In this document: positions 49,353-59,156 of the stretch, in pieces | How the letters are laid out: the number at the start of each line of letters is the position of its first letter | Position numbering within the stretch: position 1 is the first letter of the stretch | NCBI RefSeq assembly: GCF_046292505.1 | Contig: NZ_JBKBQX010000001.1 | Span: 190,909-254,908, forward strand | DNA from: Tepidimonas sp. | Lineage (GTDB): Bacteria; Pseudomonadota; Gammaproteobacteria; Burkholderiales; Burkholderiaceae_C | Length of the DNA stretch: 64,000 bases | Direction: 5' to 3' | The notes under the pieces: model-generated | What the model was told of the DNA's origin: nothing | Database searches by the model: none | Seen by the model: only the letters and a program-made list of their open reading frames with translations | Position numbers and translations under genes: made by a program

Positions 49353-52180
49353 GGGTGATGTCCTCCGTGGGGCTGGGTGGACGAAGGCGCCTCCACGCTG
49401 GCCGCCCCCAGCACCGATATGGTCAACAGCGTGGCGCCCACCACCGTCGAATACACCCCCAGGTCGAACAGGGCGGCGCTGGCCAGCGGCAGCTCACCGA
49501 GCAGGGGCACCTGCGGATGACCATGCGCACTGGTCAGGAAGGGGCGCCCGAACAGAAAGGCCCCGGCACCGGTCAGCCCCGCGATGGTCAGCCCCGAGCC
49601 GATCCAGCGCACGAACCGCCGCCCGCCCCCGGTGCGCAACAGCGCCTCGGCACGCTCCTGGCCCATCACCATGGATTGCAGCACCAGGGCCACGGCGGTC
49701 ACCAACCCGGCGATGAAGCCCCCACCGGGCATGTTGTGGCCGCGCATGAAGATGTAGACCGCCACGACCATCGCCACCGGCAGCACGACCGACGCCGCCA
49801 CCCGCAACAGCAGCGGATGCTGCGCGAAGGTCCAGCGCCGCCCCTGCGCATCGACGATCGGGCGGTGGGTGCGCATCCCCTCCATGAGCGCCAGCACCCC
49901 GATCGCCGCAATCGCCAGCACCGTGATCTCGCCAAAGGTGTCGTAACCGCGGAAGTCGACCAGGATCACGTTCACGACGTTGGCACCTCCCCCCATGGGC
50001 AGCGACTGCTCGAGGAAATACCACGCAATCGAGGCGTGATCGCGCGTCAGCATCACCCACGCGATCCAGGCGATCCCGGCCCCACCGGCCAGCGCCAGCG
50101 CGGCGTCGCGCAGCCGGCGATGGCTCGACGACTCACGCGGGGAATGCTGGGGCAGCAGCGCCAACCCCATCAGCAACAGTACCGTCGAGACCAGCTCCAC
50201 CGACAACTGCGTCAGTGCCAGATCGGGCGCCGACAAACCCACGAACACCAGCGAGGTCACCAGACCCACCACCCCGACGAGCACCACGGCCTGAAAGCGG
50301 TGGTGGTGCGTCATCACCAGCGCCACGCAGGTGGCCGCCAGCAGCAGCCAGACCACGATGGCCAACGGATTCGCCGGCAACAGCTCGCGTCCACCGGTGC
50401 CGATGTGTTCACCCATCAGCGGGGCCGCGGCCACGACGATGGCCGCGCCCAACATCCACGCTACGTAGCGCTGCAACGAACCGTTTTCCAGCGCCACGGA
50501 CACGCGCCCGGCCAGGGCGAACATCGCATCGACCGCGGACTCGAAGATCCGCCGCCCCGTCAGAGCCCCAAACCAGGCTTCGGACTGGATGCGGTGCAGG
50601 CGCCTACCCTGGGCCAGCCGGGCGTAGAACAGCCCGCCGCCCACCAACGCGACGACACTCATGAGCAGCGGCAGATTGACGCCATGCCAGATCGCGAGGT
50701 GATAGTCCGGCAACTCGCGCCCGACCATGGCCGTCGCCGCCACATGCACCAGGGGCCCGAAGGTCGCGGCCGGCAACACCCCGACCGCCAGACAGGCCAC
50801 CACCAGCAGGATGACCGGCAGCTTCATGCCCAGCGGCGGCTCGTGGGGATGACGGTTGGGCACCTCGCCCAGCGGACCGTTGAAGAACGTATCGTGCACG
50901 AAGCGCAGCGAATACGCGACGCTGCAGATGCCCGCGATCGTCACCGCCACCGGCAGCCACACCCCCGCCGCACCGGCGCCTGCCACGGCTTCGGCAAAGA
51001 ACATCTCTTTGGACAAAAAGCCGTTGGTCAGCGGCACCCCGGCCATGGAGGCCGCCGCGACCAGGGACAGTGTCGCGGTCCAGGGCATGAACGCCCACAG
51101 CCCGCCCAACTGCCGCATGTCGCGCGACTGCGTCTCGTGGTCCACGATGCCGGCCACCATGAACAGCGACGCCTTGAACGTGGCGTGGTTGAGGACGTGA
51201 AACACCGCGGCGACGGCGGCCAGGGGCGAGCCCAGACCGACCAGACAGGTCACCAGCCCCAGGTGGCTGACCGTGGAGTAGGCGAGCAACCCCTTGAGAT
51301 CGTGCTTGAAGATCGCGATGAAGGCGGCAAACACCAAGGTCGCCAACCCCACCGCGGTGACGATGCCCTCGAACCACCCCGAGCCGCCGAGCACCGGATA
51401 CATGCGCATGAGCAGGAACACGCCAGCCTTGACCATCGTGGCCGAGTGCAGGTAAGCCGACACCGGCGTCGGCGCGGCCATGGCATCGGGCAGCCAGAAA
51501 TGGAACGGAAACTGCGCGCTCTTGGTGAACGCCCCGAGCAGGATCAACAGCAGCGCCGGCACGAACAGCGGGTCGGCCTGAATCTCGACGGCGCGGCCGG
51601 TCATTTCGCTCAGCTCGAAGGTGCCGGCGATCCAGCCCAGCATCACCAAACCCGCCAGCATCGCCAGCCCGCCGCCACCGGTCACGGCCAGGGCCTGGCG
51701 GGCGCCGCTGCGTGCCTCGGGCCGGTGGCTCCAGTACCCCACCAACAGAAAGGACGAGACACTGGTCAGCTCCCAAAAGACGACCAGCAGCAGCAGGTTA
51801 TCCGACAGCACCACGCCCAGCATCGCGGCCATGAAGAGCATCATCACCGCGTAAAACTTGGCCGCCGAATCCTCGGGAGCCAGGTAGTAGCTCGCGTACA
51901 GAATGATCAACAGCCCGATGACCGTGATCAGGCCCGCGAACAGGAACGACAGGCCATCGAGCCGCAAGCCGATGTTCAGCCCGATGTCATTCACCCAGGG
52001 GTGGAACTCGTACACCCCCGCACCGCTCCAAACGGCCGGCGCGTGCAGGGCCAGCAAGGCCAGACTGCAGGCGGTTACGGCCGCGGCGCCCATCGCCGTC
52101 CAGCGGCGCGAGCGGCCGCCCAGCCACCCTGTCAAAGTGGTGCCCACGAGCAAGGGCAGTAAGACGATCAACAGCAGCAC
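49349..52180 (-). CDS. mrpA: fused monovalent cation/H+ antiporter subunit A/B (PhaAB type, operon 1)
   Basis: 943 aa. NuoL-like core (FHFWLPDAMAAPTPVSAYLHSATMVKAGVFLL) plus an MrpB-like C-terminal module (RGHNMPGGGFIAGL). GTG start at 52180. Confidence 0.9.
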   Translation of the reverse strand: MLLLIVLLPLLVGTTLTGWLGGRSRRWTAMGAAAVTACSLALLALHAPAVWSGAGVYEFHPWVNDIGLNIGLRLDGLSFLFAGLITVIGLLIILYASYYLAPEDSAAKFYAVMMLFMAAMLGVVLSDNLLLLVVFWELTSVSSFLLVGYWSHRPEARSGARQALAVTGGGGLAMLAGLVMLGWIAGTFELSEMTGRAVEIQADPLFVPALLLILLGAFTKSAQFPFHFWLPDAMAAPTPVSAYLHSATMVKAGVFLLMRMYPVLGGSGWFEGIVTAVGLATLVFAAFIAIFKHDLKGLLAYSTVSHLGLVTCLVGLGSPLAAVAAVFHVLNHATFKASLFMVAGIVDHETQSRDMRQLGGLWAFMPWTATLSLVAAASMAGVPLTNGFLSKEMFFAEAVAGAGAAGVWLPVAVTIAGICSVAYSLRFVHDTFFNGPLGEVPNRHPHEPPLGMKLPVILLVVACLAVGVLPAATFGPLVHVAATAMVGRELPDYHLAIWHGVNLPLLMSVVALVGGGLFYARLAQGRRLHRIQSEAWFGALTGRRIFESAVDAMFALAGRVSVALENGSLQRYVAWMLGAAIVVAAAPLMGEHIGTGGRELLPANPLAIVVWLLLAATCVALVMTHHHRFQAVVLVGVVGLVTSLVFVGLSAPDLALTQLSVELVSTVLLLMGLALLPQHSPRESSSHRRLRDAALALAGGAGIAWIAWVMLTRDHASIAWYFLEQSLPMGGGANVVNVILVDFRGYDTFGEITVLAIAAIGVLALMEGMRTHRPIVDAQGRRWTFAQHPLLLRVAASVVLPVAMVVAVYIFMRGHNMPGGGFIAGLVTAVALVLQSMVMGQERAEALLRTGGGRRFVRWIGSGLTIAGLTGAGAFLFGRPFLTSAHGHPQVPLLGELPLASAALFDLGVYSTVVGATLLTISVLGAASVEAPSSTQPHGGHHP

Positions 52181-52294
52181 GGCAATCGTTTTGGCATGGG
52201 ACAGGCGCGCGCGGCGCCCGATCCGCCGCAGGGCGGGGCGGTTCGAAAACCACCTATTGTAGGGAAGCGCGCAGGCGCCTTTTCGGCGTCGCGA

Positions 52295-52654
52295 TCAGTC
52301 GCGGCCGGGGGGCCGCGGCGCGGGTGCCGCGAGCCCCGCATCACCGCCGACCACCGGGGCGCGCGCGGCGTCGGCCTCCTGCCCGGCTTCGCGTACCGCG
52401 GCGCGGGCCAGCAGGTTGGAGGCGACGGGCAGCGTCGCCAGCAAAAAGCCGATGATCAGCAGCAGGCGCCAGGTCCACGAGGCCTCCGCCACCGCGAGCG
52501 CCGCGCCCCCGCACACCAGTGCCACCGCCAGCGTGCCCGCCTTGGTCGCGGCGTGCTGGCGCGACAAGGCATCGGGCAAGGCGACAACGCCCCAGGCGGC
52601 GATCACCAGCAAGGCCGCCCCGCCCCCCAGCAGCCACGCCCCAAACCCGCTCAT
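52295..52654 (-). CDS. mrpG: monovalent cation/H+ antiporter subunit G (operon 2)
   Basis: 119 aa from the ATG at 52654. MnhG-like (LPDALSRQHAATKAGTL). Confidence 0.8.
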   Translation of the reverse strand: MSGFGAWLLGGGAALLVIAAWGVVALPDALSRQHAATKAGTLAVALVCGGAALAVAEASWTWRLLLIIGFLLATLPVASNLLARAAVREAGQEADAARAPVVGGDAGLAAPAPRPPGRD

Positions 52655-52917
52655 CGCTCCTCCCCGCCCTGATCCACGACCCGGGCCCAACCCACCGTGG
52701 CCACGAAGCCGACGAGCGCCAGCCCGATCGCCACGTCCAGAAATACCGTGCGCGCCGTGGCCAGCGCCGCCGCCATGCACAAAGCGACCGCCGCCGCCAG
52801 GAAAATGTCCAGCGCCACGATCCGGTCCGCATGGCGCGGCCCGCGCAGCATGCGCCACGTGGCCAGCGCAATCGCCAGCCATGCCGCCCCGATCATCCAC
52901 CACAGCATCGGGCTCAT
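52651..52917 (-). CDS. mrpF: monovalent cation/H+ antiporter subunit F (operon 2)
   Basis: 88 aa from the ATG at 52917. RMLRGPRHADRIVALD and LVGFVATVGWAR. Confidence 0.8.
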   Translation of the reverse strand: MSPMLWWMIGAAWLAIALATWRMLRGPRHADRIVALDIFLAAAVALCMAAALATARTVFLDVAIGLALVGFVATVGWARVVDQGGEER

Positions 52918-53294
52918 GCCGTTCTCCCCGCAGTATTCATCGTGGGGCCGAACAGTGCCACCAGCCCGGGCTCGAAGTCCCGGCGGATACCCTGCACGAC
53001 CGCCTCGGTGTCGGACGCATCCAGCACATGCAGCAGCAGCTCGCAGCGCTCCAAGTCGATGTCGATGGTGGTCGTGCCGGGGGTGAGCGTCACCATGCAG
53101 CCCAACAAGGCCGCACCCTGCGCGCTCATGGGCGCAAAGCGCACCCGCAAGAACGCCGCGGGCGGCGGCCGGCGGTCGCCCAGACTGGCGCGGGCGATCA
53201 CCGCCACCGTCTGCACACCGGAGACCACCACCGCCTTCAAGAACCGCACGACCAGCACCGCAGCCGCCCATGCGCGTCGCACCCAGCGCCCCAT
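52914..53294 (-). CDS. mrpE: monovalent cation/H+ antiporter subunit E (operon 2)
   Basis: 126 aa. MnhE-like TLTPGTTTIDIDLERCELLLHVL. Confidence 0.75.
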   Translation of the reverse strand: MGRWVRRAWAAAVLVVRFLKAVVVSGVQTVAVIARASLGDRRPPPAAFLRVRFAPMSAQGAALLGCMVTLTPGTTTIDIDLERCELLLHVLDASDTEAVVQGIRRDFEPGLVALFGPTMNTAGRTA

Positions 53295-53295
53295 G

Positions 53296-54750
53296 TCAGC
53301 GCCCCCCCAACGTCTCGGCCGCCGCCAGACTGTAGGCCAGCAAATGCTCGGGCTGCAGCCCGATGGCCAGTGTGATCAACGCCAGCCCCCCGGTCACCGC
53401 CCACGCGGGTGCCAGCCGGGCGTCGGCGGGCGGGGTCCAGTCCGAGCGGGGATGCGCCTTCCAGAACGCTTCCATCCAGATCTTCATCATCGAATACAGG
53501 GTCAGCACGCTCACCAGCAGCGCCACCCCGGTCCAGACGATGCGCCCTTGCTGCAAGGCCTCCTGCAGCACCCACAGCTTGGCCCAGAAGCCGGACAGCG
53601 GCGGAATACCCACCAGTGACAGCGCCGGCACCAGAAACAACACCCCCAGCAAGGGACGGGCGCGATAGAGCCCGCCGATCCGGCGCAGGTCGTAGCTGCC
53701 GGTCAGGCGCCAGACCATGGCCACGATCAGGAACAGATTGGCCTTCACCACGATGTGGTGCAGGGTATAGAACAGCGTCGCCGCATCCCCGGCGGAGCTG
53801 GCCAGGGCCACCCCGAGCAGGATGTAGCCGATCTGGCTGACGATGTGAAACGCCAGGATGCGGCGCATGTCCCAGTGGTAGGCCGCCCCCAGCACCCCGA
53901 ACAGCATGGTCGCGGCGGCCACCCAGCCCAGCGCCTCGAACAGCACGTCGGGCGTGGTGACGAACACATCCCGCAGGGCGCGCAGCACCGCATACACCCC
54001 CACCTTGGTGAGCAACCCCGCAAACAGCGCCAGCACCGGCGCCGGCAGCGTGTGGTACGACGCCGGCAGCCACGCAAACAAGGGGAACGCCCCCGCCTTG
54101 ACCAAAAAGGCCAGCAGCAGCCCGGTGACGGCCAATGTCGATACCCACGGCGCCACATGGGGCCAGGCGTGCGCGATGGCACCGTAGTTGAGGTGGCCGC
54201 TGACCGCATACACCATGCCGACGGCCATCAACAGCAACAGTGTGCCCATCAGATTCAACACGAAGTACTTGAAGGTTGCATCCAACTGGTCCGCGCGCCC
54301 GCCGATGGCAAACAGCCCCAGCGCACAGATCAGCATCACCTCGAACCACACATACAGATTGAACAGATCGGCCGTGGCGAACGCCCCGCCGACACCGACC
54401 AGCACCCCGTGCAGCAGCGGCAGCATGAGCGGGTGGGACGGCCGCGTGTCCGCATCGCTGGCCAGAAATGCCAGCGCCGCCACCCCCATGACTGCGGTGA
54501 TCAACACCAAGGCCGCGCTCAGGCGGTCCACCAAAAATTCAATGCCGAACGGCACCCCCCAACCGCCGAAGACGGCCTGCGCCGGACGGTCCGCCGCCGC
54601 CTGCACGACCAGCGCCAGCGCGCAGCCCAGCAACGACCACCCCCCCACGTGGCCCAGCCACCGTTGCAGGCGTGGACGCCCCATGGTCAAAGTGGTCGCG
54701 ACCACCGTGGCCAGCGGCACCAACACCGGGGAGACGGCCAGCGCGCTCAT
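53296..54750 (-). CDS. mrpD: monovalent cation/H+ antiporter subunit D (operon 2)
   Basis: About 484 aa from the ATG at 54750. WLPASYHTLPAPVLALFAGLLTKVGVY. Confidence 0.9.
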   Translation of the reverse strand: MSALAVSPVLVPLATVVATTLTMGRPRLQRWLGHVGGWSLLGCALALVVQAAADRPAQAVFGGWGVPFGIEFLVDRLSAALVLITAVMGVAALAFLASDADTRPSHPLMLPLLHGVLVGVGGAFATADLFNLYVWFEVMLICALGLFAIGGRADQLDATFKYFVLNLMGTLLLLMAVGMVYAVSGHLNYGAIAHAWPHVAPWVSTLAVTGLLLAFLVKAGAFPLFAWLPASYHTLPAPVLALFAGLLTKVGVYAVLRALRDVFVTTPDVLFEALGWVAAATMLFGVLGAAYHWDMRRILAFHIVSQIGYILLGVALASSAGDAATLFYTLHHIVVKANLFLIVAMVWRLTGSYDLRRIGGLYRARPLLGVLFLVPALSLVGIPPLSGFWAKLWVLQEALQQGRIVWTGVALLVSVLTLYSMMKIWMEAFWKAHPRSDWTPPADARLAPAWAVTGGLALITLAIGLQPEHLLAYSLAAAETLGGR

Positions 54751-55184
54751 GCGCGGCCCCCCGGCGCTCGGTCGTCCCGGGGCGGCCACACCGGATCGTG
54801 CGCGGCCTCGGCAACGGGGGGCTTGACCCCATCGGTCGGCACGGGCTCGGCCAGACGCAGCGCCAGGGCATCGTCGGTGCGCACGCGCTGGATCAGGCGC
54901 AGTACCAGCGCGAGCGAAAAGCACACCAGCGCAAAGCCGATCACGATGGCCGTCAGCACCAGCGCCTGCGGCAGCGGATTGGCCGCGTCGCGCAGCACGG
55001 TCTCCCCCGGCACGACGACCGCGGGAGCGGACGACCCCAGCCGCCCCGCGGCAAACAGCGCCAGATTGATCGCGCTGCCCACGATCGCCAGCCCCATCAC
55101 CGCGCGAAAGACGTCGCGGGACAGCGCCAGGTACGCCCCGGCCGCAACCGTCACCCCCACCGTCATGGCCAACACCCAGATCAT
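54747..55184 (-). CDS. mrpC: monovalent cation/H+ antiporter subunit C (operon 2)
   Basis: 145 aa. NPLPQALVLTAIVIGFA. Confidence 0.9.
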   Translation of the reverse strand: MIWVLAMTVGVTVAAGAYLALSRDVFRAVMGLAIVGSAINLALFAAGRLGSSAPAVVVPGETVLRDAANPLPQALVLTAIVIGFALVCFSLALVLRLIQRVRTDDALALRLAEPVPTDGVKPPVAEAAHDPVWPPRDDRAPGGRA

Positions 55185-55636
55185 GGCTCACCCCCCGCTG
55201 CGGTCCCGCTCGCCTCGCCCAGCGCAAGCAGCGCCAGCGCATAGCCGGCCAGCGCCCCCCACACGCACAAGTAGACCCCCAGGTCGAACAACAGCACGGT
55301 GGACACCGGCAGCGCCGCATCCCCCACGGACAGTGCCCCCCACCAATGCGTCAAATAGGCCTGCCCCTGCCACCAGGCGGGCACGCCCGACAGCCCCGCC
55401 AGGGCCACGCCGGCCGCCGCCAGCCGCAGCGGCGAGCCCAAGGGCAGGCGACGGCGGGCCGCCTCGCTGCCGCGCGCCACCGCCCACAGCACCGACGCCG
55501 ACGCCGCCACCAGCCCACCGATGAAGCCACCACCCGGCTCGTTGTGGCCGCGCAGCAGTACCCACAGCGACGCCAGCACGATCACGACGTATAGGGGGCC
55601 GGAGACGACCTCGAGGATGACCGAGCGGGTTTTCAT
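55181..55636 (-). CDS. mrpB: monovalent cation/H+ antiporter subunit B (operon 2)
   Basis: About 151 aa from the ATG at 55636. LRGHNEPGGGFIGGL. Confidence 0.85.
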   Translation of the reverse strand: MKTRSVILEVVSGPLYVVIVLASLWVLLRGHNEPGGGFIGGLVAASASVLWAVARGSEAARRRLPLGSPLRLAAAGVALAGLSGVPAWWQGQAYLTHWWGALSVGDAALPVSTVLLFDLGVYLCVWGALAGYALALLALGEASGTAAGGEP

Positions 55637-57960
55637 GGCGCCACCCCTCCGCGGGCTGAGTCGGTCGTCTGCTGGCGCACCGCGCCGGGCTGCTCGCCGA
55701 TGGCGCGCAACAGCGGCCACGCGGCCAGCAGCGACAGCATCACGACCGAGATTTCTCCCAAGGTATCCAGCGCACGGAAGTCCACCAAAATCACGTTGAC
55801 GACATTGCGCCCCTGCGCATCCGGTACGCTGCGCTGCGCAAAAAACTGCGACAGGCTGGCATCGAACGGAACGGCCACGCTGACCAGCAACCACAGCGCC
55901 ACCACCGCCCCAAAGCCCACCGCCACCACGGCGCGCAACGCGCTCGGCTGCGGCGCATCCAGCGCGTGGCCAAAGCCGCGACGGCGCAGCTTCATGAGCA
56001 CCGAAGCCACGACGATCACGAAGACGGACTCCACCACGAACTGCGTGAACGCCACATCGGGCGCACCGGCGAACAAAAACGCGACGCCGCTGCCAAAGCC
56101 CACCAAACCCGCCGCCAACAGCAGCACCAGCCGGTCATGCTGGAACAGGGCCAGCACGGCACCCAAGGCAATCAACGCGCACGCGCCGCCGAAGCCCCAA
56201 CCCGGTGGGGTCCAGGCCGGCCACGCCCAGGCCACCCCACCCCCCACCAGCACGGCAGCCAGGGCGGCCGTCAACACCGCGAGCATGACCACGCCGTAGC
56301 CGGGCAGGCGCCCATGCTGGAGCCAGCGGGTCGCAGCAGCCGCCGCGGCGGGGATGGCCTGCAGGCCACGCTCGTAATGGGACGCCATGCCGATGGGCCC
56401 GATGCGCAGCGCCACGCGCTCGAACAGGCGGTGCAGCGGATCCCAGAAAAAGAACACCGTCAAGCCGATCGCCAGCGTCACCGCCAAGGACAGCAGCGAG
56501 GGCCCGATCTCCAGCGCCAGCGCGACCACGACCGCTTCCGTCCCCGGCGTCATGGCCACCGAGGCCGCGGCGATCAAATCCTGCACCACGTAGGGAAACA
56601 CCCCCAGGACGACGCCCAGGCCGGCCAAGGCCAGCGGCGGCAGGACCAGCGCCCAGCCCCCTTCGTGGGCCTCGGGCGTCTCGTTGCTACCGGGGTGGCG
56701 CCAAAACACCCGGATCGCGGCCACCGCCGCCACCGCTACGGCGATGGCGCCAAACACGGTGTTGGCCGCCCGCGCGAACGCGAACACCTCATCCCCTCCC
56801 TTGGCAGCCAGGATCACGTCCTTGGCGATGTAGCCAAACGACATGGGCATGCCCGCCATGGACGCCCCCGCCAGCAGCGCGGCAGCGGCCGTCCAGGGCA
56901 TGGCATGGCGCAAATTGCCCAGCCGGTCGATGACCCGCGTGCCCGTGCCATGGTCGATGTTGCCCGCCACAAAGAACAGGGGGGCCTTGTACAGCGCGTG
57001 CGCCAGCAGCAGCGCTCCCACGGCGACCGTGGCCCCCTCGCCGCGCAGGCCCACCAGCGCCACCAGCGTGCCCAGCGTCGCCACGGTGGACCAGGCCAGG
57101 ATGCGCTTGAGGTCACGCTCCCGCAGCGCAAGCACCATGCCCCATGCCGCGGTGAGCGATCCGGCCGCCTTCAGCGCCCACTCCCACAACGCCCATTCGC
57201 CAAACCCGGGATCGAAGCGGGCCAGCAAATACACCCCCAGCTTGACCATGGTGGCCGAATGCAGGTACGCCGACACCGGCGTCGGGGCCGACATCGCATT
57301 CGGCAGCCAGAAATGGAATGGAAACTGCGCGCTCTTGGTGAACGCGCCGACCAACATCAACACCAGCGCTGCGGTCAGAACCGGCGATGCGGGCATCTGG
57401 GGCAGTTGCGCGACGATGGTGCTGATGCTCGTGCTGTCCATCGCCTGGCCGAGCAGGACGAAGCCCGCTAGCAGCGCCAGACCGCCGGTTCCCGTCACCA
57501 GCAAGGCCTGCTGCGCCGACTTGCGGCTGGCGGCGTCCTCATGGTGGAAGCCGACCAGCAGAAACGACACCAAGCTGGTCAGCTCCCAAAAGACGAACAG
57601 CGTGATCAGATTGTCCGCCGTCACACAGCCGATCATCGCCGCCATGAACAAGGACAGCAACCCATACAGCCGCCCTTGTTGGGGGTGACCGGCCAAGTAG
57701 CCACCGGCATAGACGAACACGGCCGTCCCCACGCCCGTGATCATCAGCAGCATCAGCGCCGACAGCCCGTCGATGTAGAAGGCCAGCTCGATTCCCGCGC
57801 TCGGCACCCAGGCCCAGCGGGCCTGGATCGGCAAATCGTAGTGGCTCAGCAGTACCAGCACCCAGGCCAGCGCCGCCACCGGCAGCAGAGTGAACGCCAC
57901 CCGCGCGGCGAGTCCGAGTCCGGCGTCCGGTGCAGGCGGGATGTGATGGGCGTGGGCCAT
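55633..57960 (-). CDS. mrpA: monovalent cation/H+ antiporter subunit A (operon 2)
   Basis: 775 aa. FHFWLPNAMSAPTPVSAYLHSATMVKLGVYLL. Confidence 0.9.
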   Translation of the reverse strand: MAHAHHIPPAPDAGLGLAARVAFTLLPVAALAWVLVLLSHYDLPIQARWAWVPSAGIELAFYIDGLSALMLLMITGVGTAVFVYAGGYLAGHPQQGRLYGLLSLFMAAMIGCVTADNLITLFVFWELTSLVSFLLVGFHHEDAASRKSAQQALLVTGTGGLALLAGFVLLGQAMDSTSISTIVAQLPQMPASPVLTAALVLMLVGAFTKSAQFPFHFWLPNAMSAPTPVSAYLHSATMVKLGVYLLARFDPGFGEWALWEWALKAAGSLTAAWGMVLALRERDLKRILAWSTVATLGTLVALVGLRGEGATVAVGALLLAHALYKAPLFFVAGNIDHGTGTRVIDRLGNLRHAMPWTAAAALLAGASMAGMPMSFGYIAKDVILAAKGGDEVFAFARAANTVFGAIAVAVAAVAAIRVFWRHPGSNETPEAHEGGWALVLPPLALAGLGVVLGVFPYVVQDLIAAASVAMTPGTEAVVVALALEIGPSLLSLAVTLAIGLTVFFFWDPLHRLFERVALRIGPIGMASHYERGLQAIPAAAAAATRWLQHGRLPGYGVVMLAVLTAALAAVLVGGGVAWAWPAWTPPGWGFGGACALIALGAVLALFQHDRLVLLLAAGLVGFGSGVAFLFAGAPDVAFTQFVVESVFVIVVASVLMKLRRRGFGHALDAPQPSALRAVVAVGFGAVVALWLLVSVAVPFDASLSQFFAQRSVPDAQGRNVVNVILVDFRALDTLGEISVVMLSLLAAWPLLRAIGEQPGAVRQQTTDSARGGVAP

Positions 57961-58130
57961 GGTCGGTGGGGGGCTGTCGATCCGCCAGGCCCCGCCTCCT
58001 CAAGGATCCTGCGCGGTGCCGTGCTTGAACGACGGATTCCGCACCGGCGGGAGAGTTCCCGCGGGCGGGGCCAGCCCGCGTGCCCGCACGGTCGGCCCCG
58101 CCCTGCCCTGCGCCCGCGCCACCATCCGAC

Positions 58131-59132
58131 TCACGGGCGCGGCTCCCGGGGATGGTTGACCGGCGTCAAGGCGCGGCCCTCGGTCAAGTAGGCGATCAGA
58201 TTGTCCACCGCCAAATCGACCATCGCCCGGCGCGTGCGCACGGTGGCGCTGGCGATGTGGGGCGTGAGCACCACGTTCGGCACCTCCAGCAGCCCCGGGT
58301 GGACCGCCGGCTCGCCCTCGAACACGTCCAAACCTGCGGCGGCAATGCGCCGCTCGCGCAGGGCTTGGGCCAGCGCGGCATCGTCCACGATGCCGCCGCG
58401 CGCCAGGTTGACCAGCACGGCAGTCGGCTTCATGCGCGCCAATTCCGCCGCGCCGATGATGTGGTGGCTTTGCGGCGTATAGGGCAGCACCAGGACCAAA
58501 TGGTCCGACTCGCGCAGCAGCGTGTCCTTGTCCACCCAGGTCGCGCGGCAGCCGGCCTCGATGGCCGCATCGAGCCGGCTGCGGTTGTGGTACAGCACCC
58601 GCATGCCAAAGCCATGCGCGCCGCGCCGGGCGATCGCCTGGCCGATGCGGCCCATGCCCAGGATGCCCAGCGTGGTGCCATGCACCTCGGCCCCGGCGAA
58701 CAGGTCGTAGGACCAGCGCGTCCAGCGGCCGGCACGCAGGTAGTGTTCGCTCTCGGTCACCCGGCGCGCCGCCGCCAGCAACAGCGCAAAACCAAAATCG
58801 GCGGTCGTTTCGGTCAGCACGTCCGGGGTGTTGGTGCCGACCACGCCGTGGGCGTCCATGGCGGCGATGTCGAAGTTGTTGTAGCCCACCGTCATGTTGG
58901 CGGCGATGCGCAGCGCGGGGCAGGCACGCAGGAGCGCGTCGTCGATGCGCTGCGTGCCGGTCAGCAAAGCCCCGGCCTTGCCCTGCAGACGGCGAATCAG
59001 CTCTTCGGCGGACCAATCTTCATCGGCCTCGTTGGCTTCGACATCGAAATGCGCGCGCAGGCGCTGCACCGCTTCGGGGAACACGGCACGCGCCACCAGG
59101 ACCGACGGCCGAGGGACTGCGGAATCATGCAT
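58131..59132 (-). CDS. D-isomer-specific 2-hydroxyacid dehydrogenase (glyoxylate/hydroxypyruvate reductase-like)
   Basis: NAD fold GILGMGRIGQAIARR and the catalytic region LVNLARGGIVDDAAL...TPHIASAT. The ATG at 59132 or 59144 could be the start. Confidence 0.85.
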   Translation of the reverse strand: MHDSAVPRPSVLVARAVFPEAVQRLRAHFDVEANEADEDWSAEELIRRLQGKAGALLTGTQRIDDALLRACPALRIAANMTVGYNNFDIAAMDAHGVVGTNTPDVLTETTADFGFALLLAAARRVTESEHYLRAGRWTRWSYDLFAGAEVHGTTLGILGMGRIGQAIARRGAHGFGMRVLYHNRSRLDAAIEAGCRATWVDKDTLLRESDHLVLVLPYTPQSHHIIGAAELARMKPTAVLVNLARGGIVDDAALAQALRERRIAAAGLDVFEGEPAVHPGLLEVPNVVLTPHIASATVRTRRAMVDLAVDNLIAYLTEGRALTPVNHPREPRP

Positions 59133-59156
59133 GGGCCACTCCAAGGTGCAAACGGG

